From contig NC_068984.1 of the NCBI RefSeq assembly GCF_001194135.2, positions 35,726,272 through 35,780,870 on the forward strand: a stretch of 54,599 bases of DNA. Direction: 5' to 3'. A model generated the notes under the pieces. The model had not been told where the DNA came from and searched no databases. It was given only the letters and a program-made list of their open reading frames with translations. Below are positions 36,836 to 50,245 of this stretch, piece by piece. Made by a program: the position numbers and the translations under genes. The number at the start of each line of letters is the position of its first letter. The stretch's first letter is position 1. The stretch comes from Octopus bimaculoides. Its lineage: Eukaryota.

Positions 36836-38484
36836 GATCGTATTTTCATGGGCTGCTCCCTATCGGATTCTCAAACGCAACGTTTCTAGCTCTTCAGCTG
36901 TTATCAATGGGAAATACGGAAGTGAGTTAACTCTGAGCAGATTTAATGCTATAAAAATTACTTAGAAGACTGCTTCATTTTATCGATCCATTCAGGTGAA
37001 CTATATAATGATTTTCAAAACTAATTAATGATGCAGAACACTATATAGACAACGGTGTACACTTACACTGAAACAGCATCACTGAATATTTTAGTTGTCA
37101 TAACAAGAAGAAAACATAACAGCCATCAGAAGCGACATTTACAACAGTCTGACATGTTCACATCAACTATACAAATTTTACACATCTCTTGGCACACATT
37201 AGTCATCAAAATAAACAACTAATCTGCTTAATCTTTTCCCATGAATATGTACAGTTAATTTGAATCTTTAAAGTTGGTGTCTATGACACCTACAATTTAA
37301 CAGAAACTACATAAAAGACCCTACCCAAAGATGGTAATTTATTAGAAATAGAAAACAATATATATTCAATAATTACAATGGTTAAAACCAAATGAAATGC
37401 ACAAATTTCTCTACTTACAACACAGAGAGAAAGAAACACAAGCCTTCTGAAATTATCCTTAGCAACATTTCATTGTTCAGACAAGAATATCCAAGCATCA
37501 GATAATCAATATTCCTGATAACTTATAAGTGCCATATTATACATATAAAGAAACATCTGATGGACAAAACTGATGTCATATTAACCGGGCAATCTGCACC
37601 AATCATACAGGAACCATTCTATCAACTTGCATCAGGATATATCTTCATTCCACTTTTCTTCAAAGTATGTCATCTAAGCTTTGAAATATACTTGTTGTAA
37701 TGAAGACTACTGTGGACAAACAAAATTTAAATTGAGGACAAGATGTACTATTAACACGGAATGATCACGAAATCGTAATATTAGAATCCTGCAAGCGAAC
37801 GCTGAGCCGTTTATACAACGTGCAAATCACCAACATTCAATTTCTTACTAAGTTTCCATTCAATATAATACGGAAAGTATAGACGTATAGTTATTTATTT
37901 ATAATTGAGTACAGGGATTTCTTCACCAGTGATTTCATGCCATTATACTCCCTGTCTGTATATATGTATACAACTATGTTCCTTGACTACATCATTAGAG
38001 TAGTTTAGCTATTCTTTCTAGCGGTGTAGGTGTTTCTAACACCCTACTCATCTTTCGTGACAAATTTAGTTTTCTTTTTCGGTAAAATATTGCAACATTA
38101 CACACCGCTGTCTATATTAATCTTACACACACAAACTCACAGACACATACGTTTATATATATATATATATNNNNNNNNNNNNNNNNNNNNNNNNNNNNNN
38201 NNNNNNNNNNNNNNNNNNNNNNNNNNNNNNNNNNNNNNNNNNNNNNNNNNNNNNNNNNNNNNNNNNNNNNNNNNNNNNNNNNNNNNNNNNNNNNNNNNNN
38301 NNNNNNNNNNNNNNNNNNNNNNNNNNNNNNNNNNNNNNNNNNNNNNNNNNNNNNNNNNNNNNNNNNNNNNNNNNNNNNNNNNNNNNNNNNNNNNNNNNNN
38401 NNNNNNNNNNNNNNNNNTGTATATAGAAATATTAATATTTCAAAGTCTCTAAAAGAGACTACATCAGCGGTACTGGATATTAAG

Positions 38485-38986
38485 AGTTATCGCCAAGATA
38501 GCATGGCAATCCAGAAAAATAGGTCGAATGCTGCCGTTGATTGGCTCAAAGAGGCCATCGCCTCTAGCTAGCTGTGTGACACACGAACCTGTTCCATTAT
38601 ACCCATCAAACAGGGGAGGTCAGTCGTTTCCCTTGCTGGTCTGGCATCTATGGGCTAGTTTCAAGGTATTTGCCCCTCATCAATCTTGAGCAGACCAACC
38701 AAACAGGCGTCGCTACGGAATTTAGGTAAATAATCCTTCGAAGAGACGGTCAGTAGCAACGCCTGCTTGGTTCGGCTGCTCTACATTGATAAGGGGTAAA
38801 TACCCTGAAACTAGTCTGTAGATACCAGACCAGCAAGGGGAAGCTACTGATCTCCCGTGTTCGAAGGTTATAATGGACATAGTTTCGTGTGCCACATAGC
38901 TAGCTAGAGGCGATGGCCTCTTGGAGCTAATCAAAGGCACCATTCGACCTATTTTTCTGGACTGCCATGTTGGCTTGGTGATAACT
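38485..38986. repeat. Long inverted repeat/foldback (MITE-like), arms about 230 bp
   Basis: Left arm 38485-38716 is the approximate reverse complement of 38753-38986 (e.g. tccagaaaaataggtcgaatg and gaggccatcgcctctagctagct are exact); 36-nt spacer. Confidence 0.9.
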
Positions 38987-39194
38987 ATATATATATATAT
39001 ATATANNNNNNNNNNNNNNNNNNNNNNNNNNNNNNNNNNNNNNNNNNNNNNNGTGTGTGTGTAATATTATATTATATACATACATATGTATATACAGATA
39101 TATATGTTCATATATATATATATATATATATAACATAGACACATTTATACGTACATAAATATACATACATATAATATTATTAATAATAATAATG

Positions 39195-39257
<63 letters not shown>

Positions 39258-39717
39258 TGGACTACAGCAAATATTCTGCTTAATACCACAGATTTGCTTG
39301 TCAGTTGTTTGACCTTAACCATTTGAGCATGTCCCTTAGTGCCTGATGATATGTGCATCTCTGATCACGAGCAGAAGTAGTGGGAGTGCATCATAGCCAT
39401 GCGTTGAGAGGAGTTCTTTGCAGTTTGAATAATTCACCTTTGAAAACAAGGGTGTTTTGCTCAACATCCTTAAACAAACCTTATTCAGGGACCTTTTCAG
39501 CGGGATGGGCTACTCGACCTGAAGAAAATTCTAACTGGGCCCCACCTGCGAGGTCATGCGCTGTTTATCTTGATATGAGATCACCATGTCGTGCACATAT
39601 GGTTGTGATGCATGTGCCTGGTGTACCCTTATCAGACGAGTAGTCATGATGGGTATATTGGGCCTTGTATATTTTACCCCAGTGTCACTTTGATGGCATG
39701 CACTGCTCTCTCACTCA
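39258..39717 (+). mobile_element. Non-autonomous interspersed repeat flanked by (AAT)n
   Basis: Homologous to 30257-30806; (AAT)n at 39175-39257 and 39718-39762. Confidence 0.8.
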
Positions 39718-39762
39718 ATAATAATAATAATAATAATTATAATAATAATAATAATAATAATA

Positions 39763-40280
39763 ACATGGTCTATAAAGAGCAAAGTTGTGGCATTAGCAAA
39801 ACCCAGAAGGAGTCACCGAAAGTGATAAGTGCAAAATCTTGTGGGATGCAATGATTTAGTGCGATCATCAGACCAGACCAGAAATCGGAAACCGGACGTT
39901 GCTGTGGTGAATAAAAATCAAAGAACATGTGTGAAAATCGATATAGTGTGCCCCGGTGACAACATAATCAATGTGAAAGAAGAAGACATAAAACAACCGT
40001 GATAATTTGAAGTGGGAAATACGATGAGTGTGATCAATGAAGCGAGTAGACGTGATGCCAATAGTAATTGGTTCACTTGGAAGTATCACCACTCAACTAC
40101 CAAATGTCTGAGAAAAATTGGTGCGAGTGTAAAGGTAGAACACTTACAAAAATCCGAATTGCTTGGAACTGCAAGAATTTTTCGCAGGGTTCTTGAAGCA
40201 CGACCAGTAAAACAAGTGTAACATTAGTCTGGTGACCATGGACAGCTGACACTGTTCATCATACCCAGCAATGAGTCTTA
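39763..40280 (+). mobile_element. R4/Dong-like LINE 3' end (REL endonuclease)
   Basis: KCKILWDAMI..DH...RKPDVAVVNK...IDIVCPGD...VMPIVIGSLG...HLQKSELLGTARIFRRVLE; followed by aat repeats. Confidence 0.85.
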
Positions 40281-40364
40281 ATATAATAATAATGATAATA
40301 ATAATAATGATATTTGATATATGGAAAATATCAAAAGTATCGGTGCGTGAATCTTGACTCACGC

Positions 40365-40406
<42 letters not shown>

Positions 40407-41328
40407 NNNNNNNNNNNNNNNNNNNNNNNNNNNNNNNNNNNNNNNNNNNNNNNNNNNNNNNNNNNNNNNNNNNNNNNNNNNNNNNNNNNNNNNNNNNNNN
40501 NNNNNNNNNNNNNNNNNNNNNNNNNNNNNNNNNNNNNNNNNNNNNNNNNNNNNNNNNNNNNNNNNNNNNNNNNNNNNNNNNNNNNNNNNNNNNNNNNNNN
40601 NNNNNNNNNNNNNNNNNNNNNNNNNNNNNNNNNNNNNNNNNNNNNNNNNNNNNNNNNNNNNNNNNNNNNNNNNNNNNNNNNNNNNNNNNNNNNNNNNNNN
40701 NNNNNNNNNNNNNNNNNNNNNNNNNNNNNNNNNNNNNNNNNNNNNNNNNNNNNNNNNNNNNNNNNNNNNNNNNNNNNNNNNNNNNNNNNNNNNNNNNNNN
40801 NNNNNNNNNNNNNNNNNNNNNNNNNNNNNNNNNNNNNNNNNNNNNNNNNNNNNNNNNNNNNNNNNNNNNNNNNNNNNNNNNNNNNNNNNNNNNNNNNNNN
40901 NNNNNNNNNNNNNNNNNNNNNATATATATATCTTTGAGAAAGAATACAAGTGGTATTTAATGATACAGAAGATCAATTGTAGAATATCTGAACATCTGCT
41001 CAGAACATCTCATTATCTGTTTTATTTTTTCTTGATAAATAGTGTGATTACTCCGGTCACATCATTAAATCATCCGCTCTCATCAGGTGAGCTTAGACTT
41101 CGGTAAGAGAAGAAAATTGAAATCGACTCATTTCGCAATGCATTGGCAGAGCGTGTGAGTATATTTGAAGAACCATTAAAATTTAAAGTGAAGTTAACAA
41201 TACATTCAGGGCAGAGATCGGAGACAATAAATTTTATAGACAGCTATTATAATTATTTATGTATTCAATGAGGACTAAAGAAGCATTAAAAGATTAGAGT
41301 ACTGGTGAAGAGAAAAAGAAAGATACAT

Positions 41329-41763
41329 ATATTCTGTTCTACTCCAGGCAAAAAGCCCGAAATTTTGTGGGAGAGAGCTAATCGATTAGATCAACCCCTG
41401 TACGCAACTGGTACTTAGTTTATCGATCCCAAAAGGATAAAAGGCAAGGTCGACCTCGGCGTAATTTGAACTCAGAATGTAAAGACAAACGAAATACCGC
41501 TCAGCATGTTGCCCCGTGTCCGAGCGTTTCTTATTTCTTTATTGCCCACAAGTTGCTAAACATAGAGGGGACAATCAAGGACAGACAAAGGGATTAAGTC
41601 GATTACATCGACTCCAGTTCGTAATTGGGACTTGTTTTATCGACTCCGAAAGGATGAAAGGCAAAGTCGACTTGGCGGAATTTTAACTGAGAACGTAACG
41701 ACAGACGAAATACGGCTAAGCATTTCGCCCGGCGTGCTAACATTTCTGCCAGCTCGCCGCCTT
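41329..41763 (-). mobile_element. Two tandem CORE-type SINE copies
   Basis: Reverse complements of the 19929-20488 family; intact head aaggcggcgagctggcagaa at 41763. Confidence 0.85.
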
Positions 41764-42318
41764 AAAAGAAACGAGTATTATAATGGAAAAGCGTTATGGA
41801 ATTATCCTTGCAAATTCCACAGATATAAGCGAAGAAATATGCAAAATTATCTTTCTACAATACAGAAAGAAAAATATAGAAACCAAAAGTATCCTTCCCT
41901 GTTCCCTATCATCCTTCTTTCGTTTTTCTTTTATTGCATCTTTTGTTCTCATTTAAAACATAAATACCTAGGATAGCGATCTATGAAATTCATTGTCTCG
42001 TATCTCTTCTCTGTGGGTATTACTAAAAGGCTATTATATTTTAAGGTTTCTTCAAGTATACTCACAATCTCTTCCGATGTATGGGGAAGTGAATCGATTT
42101 GATTTTTTTTCTCTTACCTATGTTTCAAATCATCTGAAGAGAGCGGAGTCCTTCTCATGATGTGTTAAGAGTCACGGAACTATCCATAAAAGATGTTTTG
42201 CTGAAACAGCTCTTCTGAATCTTTAAATTACTGACATGTTTTTCTTTCGTGCAAATACCGTGCCTTGAGTCATCCTTATGTAGTAGCTATAACTTGCACT
42301 GGATCGGATCGGGAACCT

Positions 42319-42357
<39 letters not shown>

Positions 42358-42904
42358 NNNNNNNNNNNNNNNNNNNNNNNNNNNNNNNNNNNNNNNNNNN
42401 NNNNNNNNNNNNNNNNNNNNNNNNNNNNNNNNNNNNNNNNNNNNNNNNNNNNNNNNNNNNNNNNNNNNNNNNNNNNNNNNNNNNNNNNNNNNNNNNNNNN
42501 NNNNNNNNNNNNNNNNNNNNNNNNNNNNNNNNNNNNNNNNNNNNNNNNNNNNNNNNNNNNNNNNNNNNNNNNNNNNNNNNNNNNNNNNNNNNNNNNNNNN
42601 NNNNNNNNNNNNNNNNNNNNNNNNNNNNNNNNNNNNNNNNNNNNNNNNNNNNNNNNNNNNNNNNNNNNNNNNNNNNNNNNNNNNNNNNNNNNNNNNNNNN
42701 NNNNNNNNNNNNNNNNNNNNNNNNNNNNNNNNNNNNNNNNNNNNNNNNNNNNNNNNNNNNNNNNNNNNNNNNNNNNNNNNNNNNNNNNNNNNNNNNNNNN
42801 NNNNNNNNNNNNNNNNNNNNNNNNNNNNNNNNNNNNNNNNNNNNNNNNNNNNNNNNNNNNNNNACGAACGCATATACACATGTTTTAATTTATAGGGATT
42901 GCTT

Positions 42905-43142
42905 AAAGGGCCGGGTGTTGGTAGAACCATTAGCACAAAGGGATGAGGGGGAATAAAGGATCAGCGGCATTTCACTCTACCTACCTTTAACCTGTGAGTT
43001 CAAATTCCACCGAGGTTGATTTTTCCTTTTATCCTGGTGGAGTCGATAAAATGAGTATCAGTTGATCACCGGGCTCGATATAATCGACATATTCTCTTCT
43101 CTAAAATCGCCCTCCTTGTACTAAAAGTAAAAATCAATATAT
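42905..43142 (+). mobile_element. CORE-type SINE
   Basis: gagttcaaattccaccgagg...gtcgataaaatgagtatcagttga...taatcgac. Confidence 0.75.
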
Positions 43143-43804
43143 TAGTTTTTTTTTTGTTTTTTATTCCAGGAAAATGCAAATGTATTCTATTAGATCAAAT
43201 GGATCTTTTCCCTTTGTACAGCACATCGAGAATGTAATTTTTTGTAACTAAACACTTCCAAACTTCCAAAGTTACATGCACAAAACACACTTCATCCAAA
43301 CTTTACAATATATAAAATCCTTCTATCTAAATAGATTATGTTAGTATAGGCTAGTATGGGTAGAAGTTGATTGTTCTAGCAATTGTTCTTAGAATTCTCT
43401 ATTCGGCATGAGCTTGTATAGCGCGAAAGGTGAAACAGCAACCGAAACCGTTATTTTTGTATTTTTGTAACAAACTATTCTCCTCTTATGTATCGCCTGA
43501 AAGATAAGCCTTAATCTTACAAAGATGTCAATTACTATGAGAAGCGACAAATCAACATCAATTTTATGCAAAGAGTCAGGGGGCACGAATGCAGGTGTTT
43601 CTGTATAAAACTATATTTCTATATGTCTTTGAGTGTATGTATTTGGATATGTACAAATTTGATCTTTGAGTCACATATTTATTTGGAGCTACTTTCTTAC
43701 CTAAGTATTTTGTATAATACGTTTCTTTGAGTATGATACATTAATTTAGATTATTTTTCAATAATGGTTAAAATCGACTGCACGTTTAATTTCTGGTCAC
43801 TACA

Positions 43805-44010
43805 AAGGCGGTGAGATGACAGAATGGTTACCGGGCCGGTGAAAATTAATTATCCGCATTAACCCCTACTTTACTTAGGTCAACTTTGCCTTTTATCACT
43901 TTTGAGTTGATATAATAATTGTTGTTGAGCACTGGTGGCGATATATTCAATTTACTTCTTCCCTCCCCCCACAAACGTGCTCTGCCTTGTGCCCAAATTT
44001 AAAAATAATA
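43805..44010 (+). mobile_element. Degraded CORE-type SINE
   Basis: aaaggcggtgag head, caactttgcctttt core, gccttgtgcccaaattt tail. Confidence 0.6.
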
Positions 44011-47000
44011 TCTAATAATTTATATTCTAATATATTAAGGCTATCATTTAAGAGAAACAAAACTATCTGCAAGTCCAATGCTGTTTTTCGGGCGGTTAGA
44101 GGAGTTGTTTACTATTACTGTACCAACTTAAAATATATGGATTTAGTAACTTTAGCAAGGAAAGAAATACATCACGGAAGCAGTCTTTCAATCATGTTCT
44201 TTATTTTAGCCCAACAGCCAAAGAATTGAACTGGAAATAAAATAAATTGACATGGCATCCACAAATCAAAAAGAAACGATCATTAATTGTTGAAATAAAA
44301 TAAGTTTTCTTCTTACGAAGTTCCTAAGCGCCATTAACATTAATATCATTCTATTTACTATCTTCAGTCAGCAACAGCATTATTTCCTTCTACATGACAG
44401 ATTTCTTTCTTTCTTTCTTTTTCTCTTTCTTTCTTCCTTTCTTGCTTGCTTGCTTTCTTCCTTAATGCCTCGCTACCACTCTGTTTCCTCGTCTCAATCT
44501 TTCTCTTTTTATATACCTACTTCACACACTTNNNNNNNNNNNNNNNNNNNNNNNNNNNNNNNNNNNNNNNNNNNNNNNNNNNNNNNNNNNNNNNNNNNNN
44601 NNNNNNNNNNNNNNNNNNNNNNNNNNNNNNNNNNNNNNNNNNNNNNNNNNNNNNNNNNNNNNNNNNNNNNNNNNNNNNNNNNNNNNNNNNNNNNNNNNNN
44701 NNNNNNNNNNNNNNNNNNNNNNNNNNNNNNNNNNNNNNNNNNNNNNNNNNNNNNNNNNNNNNNNNNNNNNNNNNNNNNNNNNNNNNNNNNNNNNNNNNNN
44801 NNNNNNNNNNNNNNNNNNNNNNNNNNNNNNNNNNNNNNNNNNNNNNNNNNNNNNNNNNNNNNNNNNNNNNNNNNNNNNNNNNNNNNNNNNNNNNNNNNNN
44901 NNNNNNNNNNNNNNNNNNNNNNNNNNNNNNNNNNNNNNNNNNNNNNNNNNNNNNNNNNNNNNNNNNNNNNNNNNNNNNNNNNNNNNNNNNNNNNNNNNNN
45001 NNNNNNNNNNNNNNNNNNNNNNNNNNNNNNNNNNNNNNNNNNNNNNNNNNNNNNNNNNNNNNNNNNNNNNNNNNNNNNNNNNNNNNNNNNNNNNNNNNNN
45101 NNNNNNNNNNNNNNNNNNNNNATATATATATATATAGACTTAGACGAGCAAATAGATATATTTACGAATATATCAGTATATATACATATAAATATATACA
45201 TAGTCGCGTGTACATGCAGAAACATACACACACGCAAACACACACACATGCATCTTTATTTACACATTTTGCATGTGTATTTTCGATCAAATACAAATGA
45301 GTGTATGCGTGTATTAGTGCACATAATGATGAACTCATGTGCATGTACATAACGATCATGATGATATGCATGTACACATAGTGAAATATTAGTATTACAA
45401 GAGGAATGAGATTTTAAACAAACATGATCAACGATGCAATGTTGTTTAAATAAGCATAATTAAATGTAAAGAGTTTTGGTGGAATATCATCTCATATGTT
45501 TTATATGCGTGTAATTGTCTATTTGCACTTGCTTGTATTTCTTGGTGTGTATATATATGTGTCGGCTTGATTTATTGTTAACAATATGTATATACATATA
45601 TGTGTGCCTATCTGTCTCTGTATGTATTTTGGTTTATATGTGTTTCATTGTTACTTGTGAATATGAAGGAAGATATTCTTATTGACAGTTTACTACTTGA
45701 TGACCTCTCTGTTACCGATATAAATATGTATTCAATTCTAACATATAGAGCGGCAATTATATTTATTAAGTAGATAGTTGCATATAACAATTGGTAGTTT
45801 ACGTTATTCTTATGTTACAAATATGTAGATTGCTATCACCCTGGATAAAATTCATGAAAATGCAAATGCCGAAATATTCGTCACCTATGTAAGGTATTTT
45901 ATTTATTCATTAGATATTGAAATTAGAACAAACTAATTAATTATGTTATTTTCGTTGTCAATATACATATTCATACTTCTCTTGAGATGCAAACTTTTAC
46001 AACACACAGGAAAACAAACGCTCTCTCCGTGGTAGAATCAGTAGAGCTCAACCAAATATATCGTTTGATATAAACTTATTCGAAATCGAAATTACATTAC
46101 CTGCGAATGGTGATATTACAGATTTCCACTCTATTATAAAATTATTTAGAAGACTATCTTTTTGAATAATAATCGTAAATTAAACTAAATTTTTAACAAA
46201 TAATTTGAAATACGATAATGCCGCGACTTGAACATCTTATTAAATCATACAGTCGAAGAAACACTGGCCCATAGGAAAGCATTTCTCTTTGATCACCCCC
46301 GTTAGTGAGAGCACAAGGCGAAACGCTTTGTAGAATATATTTCTTTCATTTTCATTTAAAATCTTATTGCTTGGAAGGCAAAATTTCCTTTACATCCGTA
46401 TGGGTTAGATAAAGAATATGCGTTGATGACCATATCTTGTGAGCTCACCCAGACTTGCCGTAATCATCTTGTATTGGAAAGCAAATCTATTACCCGAAAT
46501 TAAAAAACTGCATTTGGTGCTATTTTGGGGGCATCCCATAAAAAACGAGACTTTTAGAATTGAATGAACTAAAAGCTGGAGGATATTTAGAATAAACTAC
46601 TTGCTTCAACTTGCTAAAAAAGAGGTTGTAAGTTTACCTTCTCCTTATTCTTAGTGCAAGTTTGACTTTGGGTTGGTTTATTTCATACGTGAGAGTTGCA
46701 TTATCGGAACTCATCTGTTTTTTTGTTGCTGTGGATTCGCCAATACAGGAGAATACCACTCCAACATCGAAAAGGGGGAACTAAAAAAAGATTGGGCTAC
46801 TGTAACCCACAAAAAATCCAGCAAAAAGTAAGAAATACCCAACCCGCCCCCTCTAGCACCAGCACCAACAAGAGAAAATATCCCCCTGCAGATACACACG
46901 ATTCCCAAATAGTCCACCCCCAATCCTAACTCTAACAAGAAAATAGCCAAATCTATTCTTCCCAGTCCTGAAAAAGAACCTCTCCTCCCCACTCTTCCCA

Positions 47001-47413
47001 ACGGCAACGGAATTCAGTTTAGTGGCAATAAATGCCAAGAATGATACAAACACACACACACACATGTATATATATATATATATATGTATNNNNNNNNNNN
47101 NNNNNNNNNNNNNNNNNNNNNNNNNNNNNNNNNNNNNNNNNNNNNNNNNNNNNNNNNNNNNNNNNNNNNNNNNNNNNNNNNNNNNNNNNNNNNNNNNNNN
47201 NNNNNNNNNNNNNNNNNNNNNNNNNNNNNNNNNNNNNNNNNNNNNNNNNNNNNNNNNNNNNNNNNNNNNNNNNNNNNNNNNNNNNNNNNNNNNNNNNNNN
47301 NNNNNNNNNNNNNNNNNNNNNNNNNNNNNNNNNNNNNNNNNNNNNNNNNNNNNNNNNNNNNNNNNNNNNNNNNNNNNNNNNNNNNNNNNNNNNNNNNNNN
47401 NNNNNNNNNNNNN

Positions 47414-47540
47414 ACTCACAAGGCTCTGGTCACCTCGAGGCTCTAGTAGAAGACATTTACCTAAAGTACCGCGCATTGGGACTGAACCCGGAGCCATGTG
47501 GTTGGTAAGCAAGCTACTTAGCACACAGCCAATCCTCAGC
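47414..47540 (-). mobile_element. tRNA-headed SINE 5' half (second family)
   Basis: Reverse complement homologous to 53103-53270 (ggtaagtagcttgcttaccaaccacatgg...ggtaaatgtcttctactag). Confidence 0.75.
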
Positions 47541-47542
47541 CT

Positions 47543-47612
<70 letters not shown>

Positions 47613-48735
47613 ATATGTATATACATATATATTCATAGATATGCATACACAGTATGAGATTAAAAAGGATTAACAGTATGTTAACTGCATGAAAGACGCC
47701 TTCGAAGAGCATCCACCTACTTAGTATTTCTGCAGTGTTGCCAAGAAAAATTGTGATGCATGTACGACATTTTGCGTCAATACACACTATTCACCTTTAT
47801 TTCATTCTAATTCCCTTGCCGGGGCATAAATGAACTATTTAAGCATTCTAATGCTCAGAACGAAGTTATTCATCGAAAGTTTCTATTCGGAAAAAATACA
47901 TTTACTTTAACACAAAATGACAGCTTCCGACAATGGAAATTCTATTTTGCACTCAAATTGTTTTTCTTGGCACATTTAATTGGCGTTGTCAGCAGGTAAC
48001 ACCTATTTTTGAAACGAGACCTTACTTTAAACGACTTGTGTTATATTCTTTAAACTCTTTTACATCAGTGAATTCCATTAACGCTGCTAACACATATCAC
48101 ATATTAAGAAAATAATAAATGAGCTGTATATAAAATCTACAAGTAGATTATTTATAAAGTAAATTTCTAAATGTTTCGCCTTTATAGCGATTAATTTAGA
48201 CATTCTCACTCCAAAGCAGATGCTGCTAATTATAATGATTTTTGATTTAGTTGATTCGTATATGTAACATTACACTTAAAGTTACGTATATATTCATATA
48301 TGTGTGTCTGTTTGTGTGTGTGTATGTGCCTTTAATAATTACGCTTTGCAATGAAAATTGACTAAATGGAGACATAGACCGAAAATGAAAAATTCTTATA
48401 TTCCTTAATCACTTAAAACTTTCCAATGCATTCATATATCAATTATTGAATTGAATAATGCTAATGATTTACATTGACCTCAGTGAATTTTATATCAGTC
48501 ACTCATTTACTATCCATTGCATTTACATTAATATATTAATGTATTTATGTCTTGCGTTTTATATTAATATTAAAATCGTGCAATTGTTAGGTTTCAGGAT
48601 CACTGACAAACATTGCTAGTGAAATAGCATTCTTTCAAAGCTAAGATCGTATCTCAGCAACTGAATCTACTCTTTACTCCCAGAAAATATTGCAGCCACC
48701 CTCCCCTCACCAATATGTGTGTGTATGTATGTGTA

Positions 48736-50012
48736 CAGGGTGTGGTGAATAAATTGTCGTGTAAATTACGCAACAATGTAAATAACACTGACATGTCATT
48801 TGAACAGATTTATTTACCAAAATTACACAAATATATCTTTGGAAATACTAAGGAGTAAATTTATTCAATAAAACCGTCATTTGCTTCAACCACAGCCTCC
48901 AGACGACTTCGGTATCTCATGCAACCCTTTTTGATGGTATCCTTGTTTAAGTTAGTAAATGGTGCAATAATCCTTGCCTTCAGTTCTTCTTTGATGTTAC
49001 AAGGAGTTTTATTTGTCTTTCGTTCAACTGTGCTCCACACTTAACAATCAACGGAGAAACTGTCTGGGGAGTTAGGTGGCCAGATACTAGGGGTCATGCG
49101 GTTAGAGAAATTGTCTGTCAGCCAGGACTGGTTTCTCCTGCTTGTGTAGCATGGTGCAGAGTCCTGTTGCCAGGCATAGGATCTTCCAGTAGCAAACCTC
49201 TTAACCCAGGGCAACACTACCTCCTCTGGTACTTGATGTAGGCCTCCGTGTTGAGTCTGATGTCCTGCAGCAAGATAAATGGAGGCATAAGGTCGCCATC
49301 ACTAGTAATCACTCCAACCACCATGATGTTGACTGGATGTTTGATTTTTATCTCCCTAGTTACATGTTTTGGGAACACGGCAAGCCAACGGTCGTTCTGT
49401 GTGTTCACCATCTGATCCACGTCTGAAAATAGAAAGACAATGGATCTTCGGTTGGAAGGGATGCTTGAGTTTGTTCAAAAGTTTGGTAGCGCAGCCTTTC
49501 CTGTTGTCTTCGATGGCTTGAGATAAAAATTGGCCTTTCCTCGTCTGGTATGAGGAATACCGAAAGTCTTCATGCACTACCTGCCTGATAAAAATGCTCA
49601 TATCCCAGCCGATGGACGTGATTGACTTGGAGAGATCGTTTTCAATCATAGCCTGGATCTCACCAACAAATGTAGGAGTTATTTTGTTATCAGAACGATA
49701 GGAGTGTGGTTTCTGAGCTGCCATACCCTCATAATGACTAATTACCCTCTTTCCGAATCCTCTGCTCTGTCCTAACATTGACAGCTAAACACTCTGCAAT
49801 GTTCGTATTGGAACTTCCGGCGCGAATGGCAAGCAGTACAGCAACTCGTTTCTAAATGTATGGCAGAGTGAATTGCATCATGCCGCTGTTTCTCTCACAA
49901 ACTATGCTCAAATGACCCTACTATACTGTGTAGTGAACAACATCAAAAACAATCAATGTGCATGCGTGAAGTTAAAATTACGATATGGTGACAATTTACC
50001 CATCGTACCTTG
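48736..50012 (-). mobile_element. Near full-length decayed DD37D (maT-like) Tc1/mariner transposon
   Basis: TA-flanked; degenerate TIRs (cagggtgtggtgaataaattgtc vs caaggtacgatgggtaaattgtc); FSD...WQQD-(37 aa, incl. WPPNSPD)-D; C-terminal RSRLEAVVEANDGFIE*; split across track ORFs 49356..49778 and 49217..49420. Confidence 0.9.
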
Positions 50013-50245
50013 TATATATATATATATATATATGTATTATGTATGTATGTATGTATGTATGTATAAGTTTTCTAAAGGTCCAGGTGGGCAACAGAATTCA
50101 TTATTCCTCTCACATATGGGTTGGACTTCCTGCAAACGTTTCTTGCATCATAACCACAATCCGGCAAGCCGATACATTTACATGACACGCAGAAAGCCCA
50201 TGCCTTCTGACGCACTACTGCACTGCCTTTTATTTCTGCCTATTT

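Larger units (their letters stand above)
3988..47413. other. Ten assembly gaps: 3988-4853, 17079-17218, 22550-22734, 33563-34089, 38171-38417, 39006-39052, 40407-40921, 42358-42863, 44532-45121, 47090-47413
   Basis: Runs of N, nearly all bordered by (TA)n, (CA)n or (CT)n tracts. Confidence 0.99.

Noticed and set aside
46696-47030. C-rich ORFs 46696..46929 and 46711..47007
   Set aside because: No recognisable domain, stops in the most plausible frame; possibly a LINE ORF1 relic.
3879-47657. Long track ORFs full of X (e.g. 3879..4910, 33495..34325, 40354..41106, 44450..45352, 46853..47626)
   Set aside because: They are open only because N-gaps contain no stops; the flanks are microsatellite translations.
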